DNA of 64,000 nucleotides, taken from NCBI GenBank assembly GCA_963845145.1, contig CAWJQU010000008.1, positions 128,001 through 192,000 of the forward strand, in the 5' to 3' direction. Of the stretch, positions 51,710 to 60,992 are shown in pieces; positions within the stretch are counted from its first letter, which is position 1; every line of letters begins with the position of its first letter. This DNA is from an uncultured delta proteobacterium. Lineage in GTDB: Bacteria > Desulfobacterota > Desulfobacteria > Desulfobacterales > QNYZ01. The position numbers were made by a program, and so were the translations under genes. The notes beneath the pieces were generated by a model. The model saw only the letters and a program-made list of their open reading frames with translations, searched no databases and was not told the DNA's origin.

Positions 51710-52609
51710 ATGAATGACAACATATCACCCCCCCTGCAAGGCGCCCCGTCGCCTGCGGACCGGCAACAGGCGCTTCCTTCCGAAGCCCGGGCTGTTTTAG
51801 ATCAGATCAAGTCCCTTAACAAAAAGAGATTATACACCAAAATCATCGGGCTTACCGTCATTATTGGGTTAATGTTCTGCCTGCTACTGGTGATCAAGGT
51901 TGATTTTAAGTTTATGTTTAAATGGCTGCCCTTTATCCTGACCGGAATGGGGTACACCCTTATAGTCTCTTTCCTGGCCATCACCCTGGCCTGTATTCTG
52001 GCAGTACTCGGTGCGCTGGGCCGTCTTTCCCGAAACCCCATTGCCAACAGCATCGCAGCAGTCTATGTATCGTTGATTCGCGGAACGCCCTTATTGGTGC
52101 AGGTATACATGTGGTATCTGGCCCTGCCCCAGGTTGGACAAGCCCTTGAAAATTTAGGTATACCGGGTATGCAGAGCATTTTCACCCTGCCGGCTATCCC
52201 TGCCGGTATTTGTGCCTTGGGGGTTTGCTATGGGGCCTACATGACAGAGACTGTGCGGGCGGGTATCCAATCGATTGGACTGGGCCAAACCGAAGCGGCC
52301 AAAGCGTTAGGCATGACCCAAAGGCAGACGTTGCGCCGGATCATCTTTCCGCAAGCCTTGCGCGTGATCATCCCGCCGGTTTCCAATGAGTTCATCGCCA
52401 TGATCAAAGACTCTTCACTTGTTTCGCTGATGGGCGTGTGGGAGTTGAGCTATCGGGCCATAAAAATAGGACGCCGCCATTTTCAATCGCTGGAGATGCT
52501 CATTACGGCTGCGATGATCTATTGGGTCATGTGTATTATTTTACAATACGTGCAAGAGCGTATCGAAGCCTATATGGCTCGCGGGGATAGGAGGGGTGCT
52601 AATGGATAG
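51710..52609 (+). CDS. Polar amino acid ABC transporter permease
   Basis: RGTPLLVQ, GQTEAAKALGM, IKDSSL. Confidence 0.92.
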   Translation: MNDNISPPLQGAPSPADRQQALPSEARAVLDQIKSLNKKRLYTKIIGLTVIIGLMFCLLLVIKVDFKFMFKWLPFILTGMGYTLIVSFLAITLACILAVLGALGRLSRNPIANSIAAVYVSLIRGTPLLVQVYMWYLALPQVGQALENLGIPGMQSIFTLPAIPAGICALGVCYGAYMTETVRAGIQSIGLGQTEAAKALGMTQRQTLRRIIFPQALRVIIPPVSNEFIAMIKDSSLVSLMGVWELSYRAIKIGRRHFQSLEMLITAAMIYWVMCIILQYVQERIEAYMARGDRRGANG

Positions 52610-53366
52610 GGAACAACCCATCATTATGATTGAAAACCTGCACAAGGTGTTCGGCTCAGACCTGCATGTCCTTCAAGGAATAAATCTTGAGGTAAAGACC
52701 GGTGAAGTCGTGGTTATTCTGGGCCCTTCCGGGTCCGGGAAAAGCACCCTGCTGCGATGCGTCAATTGTCTCGAGGAGCCGACAGCAGGAAGCATTGAAT
52801 TGGATGGTATGCGTATTAAAGCCGGCGATCAATCCGCAAACGCCCAGAAGTTGAAGTTGGAGATTCGAAAAAGGGCCGGGATGTGTTTCCAATCCTTTAA
52901 TTTATTTCCGCATATGTCGGTTCTGGAAAACATCATAGAGGGCCCCGTGACGGTGTTAAGGCAAAGTAAAAAAGAGGCTATCCCCTATGCCGAGGAATTA
53001 TTGGATTGGGTGGGGCTAAATGACAAGCGCGATGAATATCCATCACGCCTTTCAGGGGGCCAGCAACAACGCGTAGCCATCGCCCGAAGTCTGGCAATGA
53101 AACCCAAGGTCATGCTTTTTGATGAACCCACCTCCGCCCTGGATCCAGAATTGGTGGGCGAAGTTGTCGATGTCATGGAACGCCTTGCAGCCGAGGGCAT
53201 GACCATCATGGCAGTCACCCATGAGATGCATTTCGCCAGGGATGTGGCCCATCGGGTGTTAATAATGGACAGCGGGAACTGGATTGAGGAGGGACCACCC
53301 GAAGAGATATTTACCAACCCGCAACATGAACGTAGTCGGCAATTCCTTAGCCATATTCTAGGATAG
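52602..53366 (+). CDS. Polar amino acid ABC transporter ATPase (GlnQ-like)
   Basis: GPSGSGKS, QSFNLFPH, LSGGQQQR, FDEPTSALDPE. Confidence 0.93.
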   Translation: MDREQPIIMIENLHKVFGSDLHVLQGINLEVKTGEVVVILGPSGSGKSTLLRCVNCLEEPTAGSIELDGMRIKAGDQSANAQKLKLEIRKRAGMCFQSFNLFPHMSVLENIIEGPVTVLRQSKKEAIPYAEELLDWVGLNDKRDEYPSRLSGGQQQRVAIARSLAMKPKVMLFDEPTSALDPELVGEVVDVMERLAAEGMTIMAVTHEMHFARDVAHRVLIMDSGNWIEEGPPEEIFTNPQHERSRQFLSHILG

Positions 53367-53406
53367 GGGATTCGCCCCCAATAACCTCTACATCTTAAAA
53401 TGGGGC

Positions 53407-53748
53407 CTAAGACGGTTTGCTGAGGGTCGACCCGTGATGACGGCGAAAGAGGGTGGCGGCATACTTTTCAAGTTTCCAATCAGGCACATTGCAAACCGGG
53501 CAAGCACCGTGGAACCATTTGTTGCGTAACCATCGGGCTGCGCGGGAGTTTCGGGAATCATTGATAACAAAAGTTTTATTGCAATGGGTGCTCACACGCG
53601 CCTGTGATCCCAGGATCTCAATGGTTCTGATCCCATGCAGCAATCCCCTTCGAGACGGCCAGAGTTTTATCTTGTTAATCAGTAAAAAAAGTTCGACTCG
53701 TTTTCTATAGTATCGCCGGGTGGCCGGTTTTTTCTGCTTGGCAGTCAT
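53407..53748 (-). CDS. pylSn: Pyrrolysyl-tRNA synthetase N-terminal tRNA-binding subunit
   Basis: KLWPSRRGLLHGI, THC, SRNSRAARWLRNKW, CPVC. Start is ATG 53748 or TTG 53793. Confidence 0.93.
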   Translation of the reverse strand: MTAKQKKPATRRYYRKRVELFLLINKIKLWPSRRGLLHGIRTIEILGSQARVSTHCNKTFVINDSRNSRAARWLRNKWFHGACPVCNVPDWKLEKYAATLFRRHHGSTLSKPS

Positions 53749-53839
53749 AAGACGATCCGAATATTTAATAGATTTCCGGCGCTTCCTCGCCAACGAATGG
53801 TATTCCCAGAGGGCCGAGATGTTGCGGAATCAAAATCCA

Positions 53840-54934
53840 TCAGCTCTTTAGCCTTTTACGACGCTTGATGACCCACTGTCGGTATTGTTCCGGGGAGGCA
53901 GGGGACAACCCACAGTTTTTCAAAATCGCCGCGATACCGTCAACACTGCGATGGCCCTCGGCAATGTCAAGCTCACTTTGGGCCACGCCGGCAAGACCTG
54001 CGTCCCCCGGCATCAGGGACGTTACCACATTTGCCCCTGCATCGAGTCGTTGTTTGAGCCCTGCCACCCCCTCGACATCCAACGATGCCGGAATCAGTCG
54101 GTCGGGCATCAACAGGCGCATGAGGGCAATGATTTTCAATTCGAGCATTGGGTCAGGATCTGGGATATCAGCCATGGGCGTACCCTGCTGGGGGACGAAA
54201 GACATCACCCGGACCTGATCCGCCCCAAATGTCTGCATGGTGACCAACGAGTTGACAATATCGTCGTGGGTCTCTCCCGCACCGGTCAGAATGCCCTCTT
54301 CCACCAGCATTCCCTTCCGGTGAGCCATGGTCTTGCTTTTAAACCGGTTATTATAACTCTGCCCCTGTCGTAGTCGATTAAAAAGAGGTAGAGAATGGGT
54401 CTCCTGGTAACAAGCATACCAGCTGACACCCAACCCGGCCAATTGATCGAGGACGGGTTCGCGAAGCACACCGGCGGAAACCATTACCGGTAGTTTTACG
54501 GATTGTAATACCTCCCTTATCATTTCAATAAGTTCGGTGAACCCCTCTCGGCCGTTTTGATAAAACTGCGGATCTTCGCCCATGGTCAGATCGATCAGAT
54601 GAACCCCTGATTGGGCTAACTTTTGAGCCAGACAGATAATTTCGTCCAGGGTTTTGCGGTATCGGGCCGCCTTTACATTGCCATGACGATAAAGACAAAA
54701 GGTGCAATGATTACGACAATATGTGCTGACATATAAAAATCCGTATAGAAAAACCATTTGGCCAAAATATCGGTGGCGTAACGTCTGTGCGGTTTTAAAA
54801 AGCAACGCCGTCTGCTTGGGTGACCGGATCGAAAGCAAATACGTCAGATCCTCGTGTGCCAAAGCCTCGCCCGCCAGTGCCTTGCTCAGGATCTTCTTTG
54901 TTTGGATGAGTGATGGTTTCGTTGGACTATTCAC
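53840..54934 (-). CDS. pylB: Methylornithine synthase (radical SAM lysine mutase)
   Basis: FLYGFLYVSTYCRNHCTFC, IDLTMGEDP, YACYQET, PASLDVEG, AGANVVTS. Confidence 0.95.
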   Translation of the reverse strand: MNSPTKPSLIQTKKILSKALAGEALAHEDLTYLLSIRSPKQTALLFKTAQTLRHRYFGQMVFLYGFLYVSTYCRNHCTFCLYRHGNVKAARYRKTLDEIICLAQKLAQSGVHLIDLTMGEDPQFYQNGREGFTELIEMIREVLQSVKLPVMVSAGVLREPVLDQLAGLGVSWYACYQETHSLPLFNRLRQGQSYNNRFKSKTMAHRKGMLVEEGILTGAGETHDDIVNSLVTMQTFGADQVRVMSFVPQQGTPMADIPDPDPMLELKIIALMRLLMPDRLIPASLDVEGVAGLKQRLDAGANVVTSLMPGDAGLAGVAQSELDIAEGHRSVDGIAAILKNCGLSPASPEQYRQWVIKRRKRLKS

Positions 54935-55024
54935 CGATAACTTTGCCTAACATGGCTCTGTTGGACCAACTACAGATACCGAAAAATGGATTTTAAAAGC
55001 AGGAAACGTCGATGTGGGAGAAAA

Positions 55025-55098
55025 TGGCGGGGGGTCCCGGTGTCGCACCGAGCTACGTGGATTTAGAGTCCACGCGATCTCATATCGATCCACCCCCC
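55025..55098 (-). tRNA. pylT: tRNA-Pyl (CUA anticodon, 55064-55066)
   Basis: GGGGGGT G GATC GATATGA GATC G CGTGGA CTCTAAA TCCACG TAG CTCGG TGCGACA CCGGG ACCCCCC G CCA: 6-bp anticodon stem, 3-nt variable loop, no TTC in the T-loop, encoded CCA. Confidence 0.97.
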
Positions 55099-55178
55099 AT
55101 AAGGCCTATTGTTCCCTCCGGCCATCTTATCTTCCCTTTTACCCGACCTGTTTTTTAAATGCCTCTTATATTATTTTC

Positions 55179-55226
55179 TTGACAGGTGCAAGCGACCTTG
55201 GTAAATGTCGCCCTATTTGAGACAAC
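55179..55226 (+). promoter_or_regulatory. Sigma70 promoter plus palindromic operator (site 3)
   Basis: TTGACA-17-TAAATG, then GTCGCC-CTATTTGA-GACAAC at 55207-55226. Confidence 0.7.
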
Positions 55227-55310
55227 ATATTTAACAACGCGTTCAAGGTACCATAGAAATCGAGTTGGATTAATGCGGGCGCCTTCCGACAAAAATAGGA
55301 GGTTACAATC

Positions 55311-56729
55311 ATGATCGTACGCCCTTCAATGACGGTTTTGGATAAAGAACAGCAAGAGCAGGTCCACGCCTATTCGATGGATATATTATCAACTACCGGT
55401 ATTCAGGTGGATTCCAAATCTGCCCGGGATCTATTCAAATCGAATGGATGCCCCCTCAAGGACGATAACCGGGTTCTACTACCGCCTGAAATGGTGAACT
55501 GGGCGATTGCCGCCGCTCCGACACAGATCGACATATTCAAACGTGACGGGCAAAAAGCGTTTACGCTTGGATCGACCGGCAATAACAAAACCCGCTTCGG
55601 TATTGGGGTGACCAATTTGTATTATCAGCATCCCGACAATGACCAGGTCATCCCCTTTACGCTCAACCATTTAAAATCAGCGGTTCAGCTGGGAAGCTGT
55701 CTTCCCGGTTTTGATCTGATTTCCACCCCCGGTATTGCCCAGGACCTTGACCCCCAAACGGCGGATCTTTTCGCAACCCTCACCATGATTGCCAATACAA
55801 TCAAACCGCTGGTGCTATTAATCTCTGAACAAAAGATGTTTTTACCTGCGCTCGATCTTTTGGAAAAACTGCATGGAGATCTTTCGATAAAACCGTTTGT
55901 GATTCCCTATTTCAATCCGATTACACCCCTGGTCTTAAACGAAGAAACCGTCTCAAAAATGGTGGCCACCATCGAACGAGGGTTGCCGTTTATCTATAAC
56001 AATTATGGCATGTCCGGCGCTACAGCGCCAATTACCCCCGGGTCGACACTGGCCCTTTTAAATGCCGAACTATTGGCTGGCCTGTTGTTTTCGCAGCTGG
56101 TCAAAAAAGGAACCCCCATCATTTTGGGCTCTCTGCCGGCGGGCTTTGATATGAGATCGATGATGAGCCAATACACACCGCACACCTATTTGCTCAACCT
56201 GGCCTGTGCCGAAATGATGGCATTTTATGAGATCCCCCACTCGGGGACATCGGGGAGCGGCCCCGGCTGGGGACCAGATCTTTTAGCCGCCGAAGGGTTG
56301 TGGATGAATCATTTGACCGCATGTATGGGCAAAGTTGGGCTAGCGCCATTCGTCGGGGGCAATTTCGACTCCTTGGCTTTCTCTCCGGCGATGGTTGTAC
56401 TGGCCGATGAAATCATTCGCCTGGTGGGGCGGTTTAGCGAAGGATTTTCCTTAGACCCCGAACAGGTTGCGCTATCGGAGATCGAAGCGACCGGCCCTGC
56501 AGGCAACTTTTTGACAACGGATATGACCTTACAATTATTTCGCCGTCTACCTTTTGCGAGTCCGATCTGGCCGGTTATGGCTCTCGATCAATGGGAAACA
56601 CAAAACCGGCCGACAGCCGAGGCCCGCTTACGTCAACATACCATTGAAATTTTAGAACAGCTAAAGCCGCCTTTAGATCATACCGACCTGATGGAGCGCG
56701 GCAAGCTTCACCTTGACGATTCGGTTTAA
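55311..56729 (+). CDS. Non-pyrrolysine MttB-superfamily methyltransferase
   Basis: MttB family features (ILSTTGI, NPITPL, MSGATAPIT...NAELLAG, GPAGNFL). No TAG; Ser at the Pyl-equivalent position by manual alignment. Confidence 0.85.
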   Translation: MIVRPSMTVLDKEQQEQVHAYSMDILSTTGIQVDSKSARDLFKSNGCPLKDDNRVLLPPEMVNWAIAAAPTQIDIFKRDGQKAFTLGSTGNNKTRFGIGVTNLYYQHPDNDQVIPFTLNHLKSAVQLGSCLPGFDLISTPGIAQDLDPQTADLFATLTMIANTIKPLVLLISEQKMFLPALDLLEKLHGDLSIKPFVIPYFNPITPLVLNEETVSKMVATIERGLPFIYNNYGMSGATAPITPGSTLALLNAELLAGLLFSQLVKKGTPIILGSLPAGFDMRSMMSQYTPHTYLLNLACAEMMAFYEIPHSGTSGSGPGWGPDLLAAEGLWMNHLTACMGKVGLAPFVGGNFDSLAFSPAMVVLADEIIRLVGRFSEGFSLDPEQVALSEIEATGPAGNFLTTDMTLQLFRRLPFASPIWPVMALDQWETQNRPTAEARLRQHTIEILEQLKPPLDHTDLMERGKLHLDDSV

Positions 56730-56766
56730 TCTAATGTTCTTTTGAGATAAAGAGGAAGGAAATAAA

Positions 56767-58122
56767 ATGCTCAAAAAAATCCTTATTTTAGGAGCCGGCC
56801 TGGTGGCCGGTCCGACCGTTAGATATCTGATCCAAAATCCCGAGTTGGAGGTTCGGATAGCCGATCAGCAGGTGGAAAACGCTCAACGGCTTATATCCGG
56901 TCAGCCCCGTGGCGAGGCGATTGAAATGGACGTTGAGAACCATTCTCAATTAAGTGGGGAGATTGCCAAAGCGGACATCGTTATCAGCCTGTTACCCTGG
57001 GTGCTGCACCCAAAAATTGCCGCCCTTTGCCTAGAATACAAGAAACACTTGGTTACGGCATCTTACCGGTCCGAAGCGTTGTCTGCCATGGACCGGGAAG
57101 CCCGCGAAAACGGGTTGCTCTTTTTAAATGAAATCGGTGTAGATCCCGGGCTGGACCACATGTCAGCCATGCAGGTTATCGATTCCGTTCACCAAAACGG
57201 CGGCACCATCGATAGTTTTTTTTCTTATTGTGGTGGATTGCCGGCGCTGGAAAGCAACAACAATCCACTGGGCTACAAGTTCTCCTGGAGTCCTGAAGGT
57301 GCGATGTTGGCCGCCTCCAACGATGGGCATTACCTTGAAAACGGACAGGTCGTCGAAGTCTCGGGCAGCGACCTTTTTAAACACTACTGGCTAAAAAGTA
57401 TCCCCGGCGCCGGTGTTTTCGAGGCCTATGTCAACCGGGACGCACTGCCGTACAAAGAGATATACGGTTTAGAACATGCTTCCGGTATGTATCGCGGCAC
57501 GTTGCGCAATGTCGGCTATTGTGAGACCTGGGATTTTTTTAAACACCTCGGTCTGTTGAACCGAAAAATGAAATTTGATTTTTCCGAGGTAACGCCCCGG
57601 GAAGTGTTGGCCAACATCGTGAACTGCCAGGATGGTGATGTGCGTAAGGCCATTGCCGAGCATCTGAATATTCCGCTCTATTCTCTGACGCTAAAAAAAT
57701 TGGAGTGGCTGGGGTTGCTAGCTCAACGGAAATTGGATCTTGGGACAGCTTCGGTCTTTGAGATGTTCGCGTATACCTTAAAACAACGCCTGCTATATGA
57801 TGAAGGCGAAAAGGATCTATTAGTGATGCACCATGAGTTCGAGGCGATATATCCGGGTATGCCTAAGCAGCGCATCCAATCCACTTTAATCGACCGCGGC
57901 ATACCCGGGGGAGACAGCTCCATGTCCCGCACCGTAGGATACCCGGTAGCAATTGCCGCTGATTTAATCGCCGCCGGAAAAATCCGACTAAAGGGTGTAG
58001 AAATCCCGGTTCATGAAGAGATATATCGACCGGTTCTTGCCGCATGTGAAGAATTGGATATCCGTTTTATTGAAACCAGGTCCGATCTTGATGAAGATGA
58101 ACGCAGTTATTGGGGGGATTAA
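56767..58122 (+). CDS. Saccharopine dehydrogenase (glutamate-forming, Lys9/AASS SDH-like)
   Basis: ILGAGLVAGP, EIGVDPGLDHM, SYCGGLP, NPLGYKFSWSP, RGTLR, MSRTVG. Confidence 0.88.
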   Translation: MLKKILILGAGLVAGPTVRYLIQNPELEVRIADQQVENAQRLISGQPRGEAIEMDVENHSQLSGEIAKADIVISLLPWVLHPKIAALCLEYKKHLVTASYRSEALSAMDREARENGLLFLNEIGVDPGLDHMSAMQVIDSVHQNGGTIDSFFSYCGGLPALESNNNPLGYKFSWSPEGAMLAASNDGHYLENGQVVEVSGSDLFKHYWLKSIPGAGVFEAYVNRDALPYKEIYGLEHASGMYRGTLRNVGYCETWDFFKHLGLLNRKMKFDFSEVTPREVLANIVNCQDGDVRKAIAEHLNIPLYSLTLKKLEWLGLLAQRKLDLGTASVFEMFAYTLKQRLLYDEGEKDLLVMHHEFEAIYPGMPKQRIQSTLIDRGIPGGDSSMSRTVGYPVAIAADLIAAGKIRLKGVEIPVHEEIYRPVLAACEELDIRFIETRSDLDEDERSYWGD

Positions 58123-58124
58123 TC

Positions 58125-59432
58125 ATGACAAATTTACTTATTCGGGCTGAAGACAAAAACAAATGGGAACGCCGGACACCATTGGTACCGGATGATGTGG
58201 CCAAATTTATCAGCGAAACCAATGCAAAAGTACTGATCCAAAAATCAGAAAAACGTGTTTATGGCCAAAGCCGTTACGAAAAAATAGGCGCTAAAACATG
58301 TGAAGAGATGGACCAGGGCGATCTGATTCTGGGAATTAAAGAGATTCCCGCCGAAAAAATCTTGGCCAACAAAACGTATGTTTTTTTCTCTCATACGATC
58401 AAGGGCCAAAAGGAGAATATGCCCCTGTTGAAAAAAATCATGGATAGCGAATCGACGCTTATCGACTATGAGAAGATAACCGACGATCAGCGGCGACGCT
58501 TAATTTTTTTCGGTCCTTTCGCCGGTCAGGCCGGTGCCATCGATATACTTTCACTCATGGGCGAACATTGGGCCGACAAAGGTCTGACCACGCCCTTCTC
58601 CGAAGTTAGGCGCGCCCACCAGTACGAATCCCTGGAAGAGGCGCTGGTGCATCTGGCCAGCATTGGCAAACGAATAGAAAGAGAAGGCCTTCCATCAGAA
58701 CTATGCCCATTGACTGTGGGGATTCTGGGTTATGGAAATGTCTCCAGAGGTGCCCAGCAAATTTTCAACTGTTTACCCACACAACCCGTTGCCCCAGAAG
58801 ATATTAATGCTTTTGTCGAAGAAAAGAGTGGAGATAATCGCACGGTTTATACAACCATCTTTCATGAAGAGCATCTGGTTAAACCGAAAGCAAAAGAGGC
58901 CCAATTCGATCTCAATGAGTATTTCGGATTCCCGGAACGGTATGAGAGCCGCTTTGAGCGTTTTCTTCCAAGCTTCACCCTGCTGGTCAATGCCGTTTAT
59001 TGGGAAAAACGCTATCCTAGATTTGTCACTAACCAAGGTCTCAAGTCCTTGGCCCAAAAGAGTGCCCGGTTCAAGTTGAACGGTATTGCCGACATTACAT
59101 GCGACACCTTTGGTTCGGTGGAATGCAATGTTAAATCGACAGATAGCGACATGCCCGGTTACCGAGTGGACCCCATAACAGGTGGGACGGTGGACGGCCA
59201 TTTGGGAGAAGGCATTGTTCTTTTGGCCGTTGACAACCTGCCCTGCGAACTTCCCGCGGACAGCTCCACCTATTTCAGCAATCAATTGCGGCCGTTTATC
59301 CCCAATCTGATGACGGCTGATTACCAGGCAATGCTTTCGACATCCGGCCTCCGTCCCGAGCTACAAAGGGCGACCATTGTATACAAAGGACAATTGACCG
59401 ATGATTACCTCTATTTGCAGGCCCATTTATAA
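58125..59432 (+). CDS. Lysine-ketoglutarate reductase (AASS LKR-like)
   Basis: IRAEDKNKWERRTPL, FFSHTIKGQ, LIDYEKI, GNVSRGAQ, DITCD, VDNLPCELP. Confidence 0.85.
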   Translation: MTNLLIRAEDKNKWERRTPLVPDDVAKFISETNAKVLIQKSEKRVYGQSRYEKIGAKTCEEMDQGDLILGIKEIPAEKILANKTYVFFSHTIKGQKENMPLLKKIMDSESTLIDYEKITDDQRRRLIFFGPFAGQAGAIDILSLMGEHWADKGLTTPFSEVRRAHQYESLEEALVHLASIGKRIEREGLPSELCPLTVGILGYGNVSRGAQQIFNCLPTQPVAPEDINAFVEEKSGDNRTVYTTIFHEEHLVKPKAKEAQFDLNEYFGFPERYESRFERFLPSFTLLVNAVYWEKRYPRFVTNQGLKSLAQKSARFKLNGIADITCDTFGSVECNVKSTDSDMPGYRVDPITGGTVDGHLGEGIVLLAVDNLPCELPADSSTYFSNQLRPFIPNLMTADYQAMLSTSGLRPELQRATIVYKGQLTDDYLYLQAHL

Positions 59433-59497
59433 TGGAATTCCACTGTCTTTTTATAACCGTATCCTCCGTAAATTTTTTACTTTAAGGAAATTTAACC

Positions 59498-60967
59498 ATG
59501 AGACGAAACAATCATGCAGGTAAACATCGCAACGGTGGCCTGAGCCTCGACATTCTCACTGACGATGAGTTAGATGAGATCCACCTGGCCACATTGGAAG
59601 TACTGCAACAAACCGGAATTTTTGTAGAAGAAGCGTCCGCCCTAACCTGCTTTAAAGAGAATGGCGCGGATGTGGACGAAGTGGAAAAAATCGTTCGGTT
59701 ACCAGCCTATATGGTTGAGGAAGCCATCCGCAGTGCACCTTCTAAGGTGATTCTCGCAGGGCGGGACCCAAAAAACGATATCGTCCTTGAAAGCAATCGC
59801 GTGCATTTCACTAACTTTAGTGAAGGGGTGAAAATCAACGATCTGAACACCGGGGAAAGTCGAGAACCGGTCAAACAGGATCTCATCGATTCAGCCAGGG
59901 TCATTGATTATCTGGATGAAATAGATTTTTGTGAGAAGGCCCTCGGTGCCCATGACGTTGATCAAACGTGCGTCCCTTTACACAACGCTGAAGCCTACCT
60001 TACAAATACAACCAAACATTGTGCATTTGGACCCGGTAACGGTGACATGCTGGAAAAAATACTCGATATGGCCGGTGTCATCGTCGGTGGACGGGACAAC
60101 TTAAAGCAACGGCCCATCGTCAGCTTCACGACCTGCCCGGTAAGTCCACTGAAACTTATCACCGACTGCTGCGAAATTATAATGACTTCCGCCCGTAACA
60201 ATGTGGTTTGCAACATTCTATCCATGGCCATGTCCGGGGGTACGGCCCCGGTAACCTTGGCGGGCACGCTTGTCACCCACAATGCCGAAATCCTTTCCGG
60301 CATAACCTTAGCGCAGCTCACGCGAAAAGGCGCGCCAGTGATTTACGGCAGCTCCACAACAGCAATGGATTTGAAGATGGCGGCTGCCACGGTGGGAACG
60401 CCCGAATGCGCTTTAATTAGCGGAGCGGTAGCACGACTGGCGCGCTACTATGCACTCCCCAGCTATGTGGCCGGCGGGTAGGGCGACGCCAAGATTTCCG
60501 ACACGCAGGCAGGCCACGAAAAAACCCTAACCGCGATGATCCCCGCATTGGCAGGTGCCAATATGATCTATGGTTTGGGAATGTTGGAAAGTGGCATTAC
60601 CTTCGATTACGGTCAACTGCTGTTGGATTGCGAAGTCGCCCGAATGATCAAATTTACGTTGGGTGGCATCCTCGTCAATGACCACACCCTGGCTACCGAT
60701 GTGATCAAAGAGATCGGTCCTGGTCGAGATTACCTCATGCACGACCACACGTTTGATGGCATGCGGGATCAGTCCAAACCGGAACTGATCGACCGCAAAA
60801 TGAGACAAGCTTGGGAAGATGATGGTGCCACCACTGCTTATGAACGTGCAGTAATTAAGGCGCGCTGGATTCTGGAAAACCATAAACCTGATCCGCTTGA
60901 CGATGAGGTCCTCAATCAGATCAGATCCATTGTGAGGAAAACGGAAAAAGACTTAGGGCTTACCTGA
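59498..60967 (+). CDS. mttB: Pyrrolysine-containing trimethylamine methyltransferase family protein (489 aa, Pyl328)
   Basis: In-frame TAG at 60479-60481 in YVAGG-O-GDAKISDTQAGHEKT, continuing in frame into ORF 60536-60967. Confidence 0.93.
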
Positions 60968-60992
60968 GAAGATCGCAAAGGAGAAATGATCC

